10,812 nucleotides of DNA from Candidatus Thorarchaeota archaeon (GTDB lineage: Archaea > Asgardarchaeota > Thorarchaeia > Thorarchaeales > Thorarchaeaceae): contig JAWAQK010000018.1 in NCBI GenBank assembly GCA_038893995.1, positions 1 through 10,812 on the forward strand. Reading direction: 5' to 3'. Shown in pieces: positions 6,083 through 10,812 of this stretch (the first letter of the stretch is position 1; each line of letters begins with the position of its first letter). The notes below the pieces were generated by a model that made no database searches, was not told where the DNA came from, and saw only the letters and a list, made by a program, of their open reading frames with translations. The translations under genes were made by a program, and so were the position numbers.

Positions 6083-7037
6083 TGGCATATTCCGCAAGAT
6101 TCTTGACAAACTCAGAGAAGTGTACTTTTTGGAGGCTTGCCCCTGCTGCTGCTGGGTGACCTCCCCCCTGCGCCTCAGGAATGCCACTCAGTACCCGCTG
6201 TACAGCGACATTGAGATCAATATCAGAGTCACGTCTTCTCAATGACAGATCGACCTCGTTTCCGAATGATCTCCCACTGATACCGATGGTGCCTCCCGCG
6301 CAGTACGCAGCGAACTTTGCACTCTTTCCCCGGTATCCATTCAAAGGCATGTCAAGCACGTAACCGACTGGACCCAATTTCCTGACGTGTTGTTGGACAT
6401 ATCTGAACACTTCGTGTTCCACTCGTGTTGCCTTCACTGCCATCTCAACGATTTGACTCATTGAACTCGGTTGGATTCCCAGGGCAAGATGGTAGAGAGT
6501 TTCCTTGGCCCCTTTCGTGTAGTCCATCTCCTGAAGCGCCTGCACCAATATTCCCGCCTCAAAATAGATGGTACGTTTGTCCAGGTCCTCGAATCGTTTC
6601 ACGGCGAAGGGTGAGTTGTCGCAATAGTCTCCAATTGATCCATACAGCGCGAGGAGTACTGCTCCATCTGGCAGCCGGTCCTCGAACCTCCTGTAGACAA
6701 GCTCCGCCGCGCAACTACCCGTCTCATTGAAGTAGTCCACTCGTTCCGAGAGTTTCTTCCTGTGCTCATTATCGATTGGATGATGGTCCGTCCATAGTAC
6801 AGTTGTCTTGCTGGGAATCTGATTGAGCGCCTTGAGTATCTCAGAAAATGACGACCGATTGACTGCAATGTCGCTTATGGATATCAGTTCAGGTTCGTCA
6901 CGAGCCAGACGAGCCAGATCGTGCTGGATCTGGGATGGTCGTGTGAAAAACACGCTGGAACCAGGTAATGCCATGAGTGCAATTGCGCCTGATGTTATCC
7001 CATCAAGGTCTCCGTGCGTCAGTATCACTGAGTTCAT
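6048..7037 (-). CDS. DHH-family phosphoesterase with a DHHA1 domain
   Basis: Motifs H.D.DG (THGDLDG), SD, DHH (WTDHHP), GD and the C-terminal GGGHPAAAGA. GGAGG SD upstream. Starts 13 nt after the upstream stop. Confidence 0.92.
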   Translation of the reverse strand: MNSVILTHGDLDGITSGAIALMALPGSSVFFTRPSQIQHDLARLARDEPELISISDIAVNRSSFSEILKALNQIPSKTTVLWTDHHPIDNEHRKKLSERVDYFNETGSCAAELVYRRFEDRLPDGAVLLALYGSIGDYCDNSPFAVKRFEDLDKRTIYFEAGILVQALQEMDYTKGAKETLYHLALGIQPSSMSQIVEMAVKATRVEHEVFRYVQQHVRKLGPVGYVLDMPLNGYRGKSAKFAAYCAGGTIGISGRSFGNEVDLSLRRRDSDIDLNVAVQRVLSGIPEAQGGGHPAAAGASLQKVHFSEFVKNLAEYAIRAGADSVHLP

Positions 7038-7050
7038 TCTGTTTCCTCCC

Positions 7051-8406
7051 TCAAGAACGGGTCATCTCCGACAGCGCCTTATCCCACTCGTCCTCCTCGT
7101 GTCCACTCTCCGTCTTTCGTGCCTCACGTTTCATCTTCCTTCTGGCAGCCCTGGCTTCTCGTAGACGACGCGCGATCTCCCTCTTCTTCATTCTTTCGTC
7201 AGATTCAGTCTTCTTCTCCTCCGACTGGTCTCGCCCGAACACATTGCGGATCAGCATTGCGGTGAATGGGAAGACTAGAATGATTGGAATGAAGTACAAC
7301 ATGATGATCTCGGGCTGTACGAACTCTACACTCGACCTGACTCCAATCGGAGGTGTGAGCGCGCCCAACACTATTGAGGGGCTCAGTAGAATAAAGGACA
7401 GGGGTATGACTATCGCAAACCTTGCTAGTGATCCCATGACTGTCGATAGTGCAACGTATCTCTGGGACGGTGCTGATGCTTTTGCCGTCAACTCCGAAGA
7501 CGCATTTGGATCGCTGGCAATCAGCTCATCCACATAGATCTGCAACCGTCGTACGTCACTGACTGTGTCGAGTAGCTGAAATGCCATCTTGTCCTCTGTT
7601 GATGCCTTTCTCTCCATGACCTCCCTCAAGAACGAGAATACGGTTGCTCCTGCAAGTTTGCTGGAAGTAAGACCTGAGTGATCCTCTCCCCGCTCCAGTG
7701 CCTCCTGCTTTCTTGCTGCCTTACGGAGAGCGAGAAGCTGTTGTTTCAAGTACTCCTCTCGGTCTTCGATTGGTTTGCCCACTGTATGGCTGTATATCAT
7801 CTGGTAACTGACCTCCAGATAGGCGAATGAGACAAGCACCAGGATCTGGAGATCGCTCTGCAGGAACAGGAGGAAGTCTTGGGATATCGACGTGTACTGG
7901 TATATGCCTCGGAACGCAGCTACTGCGAGGATAAGCTGGACACAGACGAACGCTCCGCTCACGAACTTGTGGTCCATTCGCACGATTGACTGCAGAAATA
8001 GCATGACGGCTACCACAGCGAACATCAAGTAGAGAAAAGAGAACGCCTCGTCAATGATTATCGACGACCTGCTCAAGAGGTTCCGCAGCATTTCACCGAT
8101 CATCGTGGAATCGGGCACAACAGCTGAACCCGTGGAAGGCCAGAGATACCACATTTTCGCGAGAAACACACCGTAGATTCCTGTGAACAGACTCTGGGCG
8201 CCTGGCATGATCGACTGTGTTACTATCGCAATGATGTTCAGCGACACGAACAGTATCGCGAGCGACAGCAATCTGAATATTGACACCACAAAATCATAGG
8301 CAGCGTTCCAGTTCCAGTATCCTTGTAGGAGTAAGTACACTCGCCAGCTCATGTAGGCGAATAGCACTGTGGAGAGGGCACGGAGAATCCATGTGACAAG
8401 CCTCAT
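7051..8406 (-). CDS. Hypothetical polytopic membrane protein with a cytoplasmic helical loop and a charged C-terminal tail
   Basis: 451 aa: about 6 N-terminal TM segments, a charged helical region (aa ~210-315), 2 further TMs, a basic helix and an acidic EEDEWD tail. ATGA overlap with the DUF58 stop at 8403-8406. Confidence 0.8.
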   Translation of the reverse strand: MRLVTWILRALSTVLFAYMSWRVYLLLQGYWNWNAAYDFVVSIFRLLSLAILFVSLNIIAIVTQSIMPGAQSLFTGIYGVFLAKMWYLWPSTGSAVVPDSTMIGEMLRNLLSRSSIIIDEAFSFLYLMFAVVAVMLFLQSIVRMDHKFVSGAFVCVQLILAVAAFRGIYQYTSISQDFLLFLQSDLQILVLVSFAYLEVSYQMIYSHTVGKPIEDREEYLKQQLLALRKAARKQEALERGEDHSGLTSSKLAGATVFSFLREVMERKASTEDKMAFQLLDTVSDVRRLQIYVDELIASDPNASSELTAKASAPSQRYVALSTVMGSLARFAIVIPLSFILLSPSIVLGALTPPIGVRSSVEFVQPEIIMLYFIPIILVFPFTAMLIRNVFGRDQSEEKKTESDERMKKREIARRLREARAARRKMKREARKTESGHEEDEWDKALSEMTRS

Positions 8407-9725
8407 GTGAGTGCGACCCCCCTTTGTTTTGCCAGGTGATACTGTCGAATGATAGTCGGCAGGAAGTCCTCTGGCCCAACATTCACAACATCTATCTCAA
8501 AACGCGACAGTGCCTTTGCTATCTTGTTTCTGCGTTCCCAGAGCTCCTCCGAAACTGCCTCTGCGATTGCTCTCTCAATTGGGCCAAACTGTCCCATTGG
8601 AGCCTCGAACCAGGGTCCGAACGGGCTGATGACAAGAGCTCTATGCCCACTTGCTATGACCCTCTTCATGGCGCCCAAGAGGGGGGCGGGACTCTCCTCG
8701 AGGTCTGTCAGAAATATGAGCAACGTTCGCTTTTTCAATCGCTGAATGACCGTCGTTACTGCATCCTCGTAGTTGCTCCAGCCGCCTGGTTCTGCCATTG
8801 CTAGAGCATCAAGAACCTTGTAGAGTTGATTGGGGCTGACACCAGGTTGAACTAACGAGTGGACAGTGTTGGAGAACACGCAGACTCCTACTAGATCTTG
8901 TCGCTCAAGACCCATGTATGTGAGTAGGACTGCAGCTCTAATTGCGTATTCCAGCTTTGTATTCTCAGGATAACCATTCCCCATGCTCCCAGAAGCATCC
9001 ACCATACACAATATCTGGATGTTCTTTTCCATCTCGTACTGTTTTACGACAAGCTCCGTCTGCTTGGCACTACTCTTCCAGCAGATCAGTCTGAATGGAT
9101 CCCCAGGCACGTATCCTCGGAAACCCGCAAAGTCAGTCCCCATGCCCACAACCTTTGTGCGATGTGTTCCAAACATTAGTCCCAACTGCCTCTGCTTTCC
9201 GAGCGTTTCTAGTCTGCGAACATCCTTCCATGTGGGATACACCAGTATCTCTGTCCTGCTCTTCAGAATCCTTTTGTAGTAGTGTAGTCCGAGACGATCG
9301 CGGATAATGACCTCCGTTGGGCCGATGTGGTATCGGCCTCGCATTCTTGTCTGCAGTACGTATGAGTACGTTATGCTTGTTCCCGCCTCGATCCTTGTGG
9401 CGATGAAGTTGCTTCCTATCGCAAGCACCCACGTTTCCGGATACTGGTCGACTATCTCGATGAAGTCGAAGGCTCGTCTCGATCTGTTCCGTATCATGAC
9501 ACGCACACGAAGGAAATCGCCCGAGAATATCCGCGCCTTATCGATCTTGCGATCCACTTCGATATCCGATATGTTCGCCGTGATGGCAAACGTTGGAAGG
9601 GTGACGACAAGTCCAACTAGGAGGTATGCTCCCAGAGTAAGCAGATAGTAGTTGTAGTAGGCAAATCCACTGGTCATCAGGAGAATGCCTGAGAATAACA
9701 CTACAAAGCCTCTAATGGTTATCAG
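8403..9725 (-). CDS. DUF58 / von Willebrand A domain protein, MoxR partner (likely CTG start at 9725; first canonical start is GTG 9701)
   Basis: DUF58 signature F.GFR.Y.PGD..R.I.WK.SAK, MIDAS motif DASGS and later TD. Two N-terminal TMs followed by a beta-rich Ig-like segment. Confidence 0.9.
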   Translation of the reverse strand: MITIRGFVVLFSGILLMTSGFAYYNYYLLTLGAYLLVGLVVTLPTFAITANISDIEVDRKIDKARIFSGDFLRVRVMIRNRSRRAFDFIEIVDQYPETWVLAIGSNFIATRIEAGTSITYSYVLQTRMRGRYHIGPTEVIIRDRLGLHYYKRILKSRTEILVYPTWKDVRRLETLGKQRQLGLMFGTHRTKVVGMGTDFAGFRGYVPGDPFRLICWKSSAKQTELVVKQYEMEKNIQILCMVDASGSMGNGYPENTKLEYAIRAAVLLTYMGLERQDLVGVCVFSNTVHSLVQPGVSPNQLYKVLDALAMAEPGGWSNYEDAVTTVIQRLKKRTLLIFLTDLEESPAPLLGAMKRVIASGHRALVISPFGPWFEAPMGQFGPIERAIAEAVSEELWERRNKIAKALSRFEIDVVNVGPEDFLPTIIRQYHLAKQRGVALT

Positions 9726-9764
9726 AGCAGTTGCCTCCGAGTCTGATTCACTTCACTTTCGACA

Positions 9765-10754
9765 CTATACCGGACAGTCCACTTCGCCGAGTATCTTTGA
9801 TATCATTCGCTCGACAGTCATCCCTTCGAGCTCGGCTTCTGGTTTTAGCAAGAGTCTGTGATTCAGGGTCTGCACAGTCAGCCTTCGGACATCCTCCGGA
9901 GTCACATAGTCTCGACCACACATTGCTGCATGTGTTTTCGAGGCGTTCATCAACACTAGGGACGCACGAGGAGACCCTCCCAACAGAATCTGCGGATCAT
10001 TCCGTGTTCTCACCACTATGTCCCTGATGTAGTTGATGATGTCGTTATCGAGGTAGACTGTCTTGCAGGCATTCTGCATCCCCAGAATCACTTCGGGGCT
10101 CGCAAGAACACGAAGATCGTGTGCCTCACCAACATGTTTCCTGCGTATCACCTCGGCCTCCTCGTCCCCAGTCGGATATCCTAGGATCAACCTGAACATG
10201 AACCGATCGAGTTGAGCCTCCGGCAGTGGATAGGTCCCCTCCTGCTCAATGGGGTTCTGCGTGGCTATTATCAAGAACGGCTCAGGGAGTTTTCGAGTGA
10301 CTCCCTCAATTGAAACCTGACGTTCCTCCATCACCTCTAGCAGTGCACTCTGTGATTTTGGAGGGCATCGGTTGATCTCGTCAGCCAGCACAAGATTGGC
10401 AAACACAGGCCCCTTGCGGAACCAGAACTCACCAGTCTTCTGGTTAAAGATGTTTCCGCCAAGTATATCGCCGGGCAGCGTGTCGACTGTCAACTGGATC
10501 CTCTTGAAGGAACAGCCCAGAATGGCCGCAAAGGTTCTAGCCATGTACGTCTTTGCCAGTCCAGGCACTCCCTCGAGGACCACATGGCCGTTAGACAGGA
10601 ACGCGATGAGAACATCTCTCAGTACATCGGTCTTGCCTACGATTACCCGTTGGCACTCACGAATGATTTCATCTGTTATCTCGTGAACCTCGTCGATACT
10701 CATCATCGGAGTCGTTCCGTTTGTGGTTCGGGTCTCATGGTCTTCTTGTGTCAT
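9765..10754 (-). CDS. moxR: MoxR-family AAA+ ATPase (MoxR-proper type)
   Basis: Walker A GVPGLAKT, Walker B LVLADEINR, ATQNPIEQEGTYPLPEAQLDRF and GGSPRA. GGTGA SD upstream of ATG 10754. Confidence 0.96.
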   Translation of the reverse strand: MTQEDHETRTTNGTTPMMSIDEVHEITDEIIRECQRVIVGKTDVLRDVLIAFLSNGHVVLEGVPGLAKTYMARTFAAILGCSFKRIQLTVDTLPGDILGGNIFNQKTGEFWFRKGPVFANLVLADEINRCPPKSQSALLEVMEERQVSIEGVTRKLPEPFLIIATQNPIEQEGTYPLPEAQLDRFMFRLILGYPTGDEEAEVIRRKHVGEAHDLRVLASPEVILGMQNACKTVYLDNDIINYIRDIVVRTRNDPQILLGGSPRASLVLMNASKTHAAMCGRDYVTPEDVRRLTVQTLNHRLLLKPEAELEGMTVERMISKILGEVDCPV

Positions 10755-10761
10755 TCAGTTG

Positions 10762-10812
10762 TCACCTTCTTTCTCCTGTTAGACTTGACTGTATCCTGTC
10801 CATGAACAGGAA
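10762..10812 (-). CDS. Probable 3' end of an upstream operon gene (frame uncertain)
   Basis: The frame ...FLFMDRIQSSLTGERR* stops at 10762. An alternative frame ...RRKKVTTE* ends in an ATGA overlap with the moxR start at 10751-10754. No promoter-like AT island precedes moxR. Confidence 0.35.
   Translation of the reverse strand, partial: FLFMDRIQSSLTGERR

Noticed and set aside
7715-7765. Possible WH2-like actin-binding motif DREEYLKQQLLALRKA in the 451-aa protein
   Set aside because: The spacing and the hydrophobic LLxxI core do not match the WH2 consensus. It reads as a generic charged helix.
283-10805. Remaining short ORFs in the six-frame track (e.g. 283-495, 583-891, 2924-3439, 5792-6187, 6977-7537, 8424-8804, 9307-9648, 10372-10686)
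   Set aside because: Antisense or off-frame shadows of well-supported genes or of the structured RNA, with no family motifs or ribosome-binding sites.

Overview
This is a gene-dense archaeal window, most likely from an Asgard archaeon (probably Thorarchaeia). The lineage is inferred from two Asgard-type profilins and archaeal GGTGA/GGAGG ribosome-binding sites. Left to right it holds: the possible start of a minus-strand gene at the edge; a ~294-nt non-coding stretch (100-393) that folds into a multi-helix RNA on the minus strand and fits no family I recognise; a 4-TM hypothetical protein; an MFS transporter; two tandem, ~40% identical 126-aa profilin paralogues separated by a strong hairpin; a DUF167/YggU gene; an OPT/YSL-family transporter with an extra N-terminal membrane domain; and a minus-strand operon MoxR AAA+ ATPase > DUF58/vWA protein > unknown polytopic membrane protein > DHH/DHHA1 phosphoesterase. 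Three signals stand out. (1) The unassigned structured RNA carries a 13-nt segment exactly complementary to the probable first codons of the downstream gene. (2) Only one profilin keeps the actin-contact motif (KYSTIR versus SYRRIT). (3) The MoxR-operon membrane protein ends in a WASP-like acidic-Trp tail (EEDEWD). All alignments and folds were done by hand; no searches were run.
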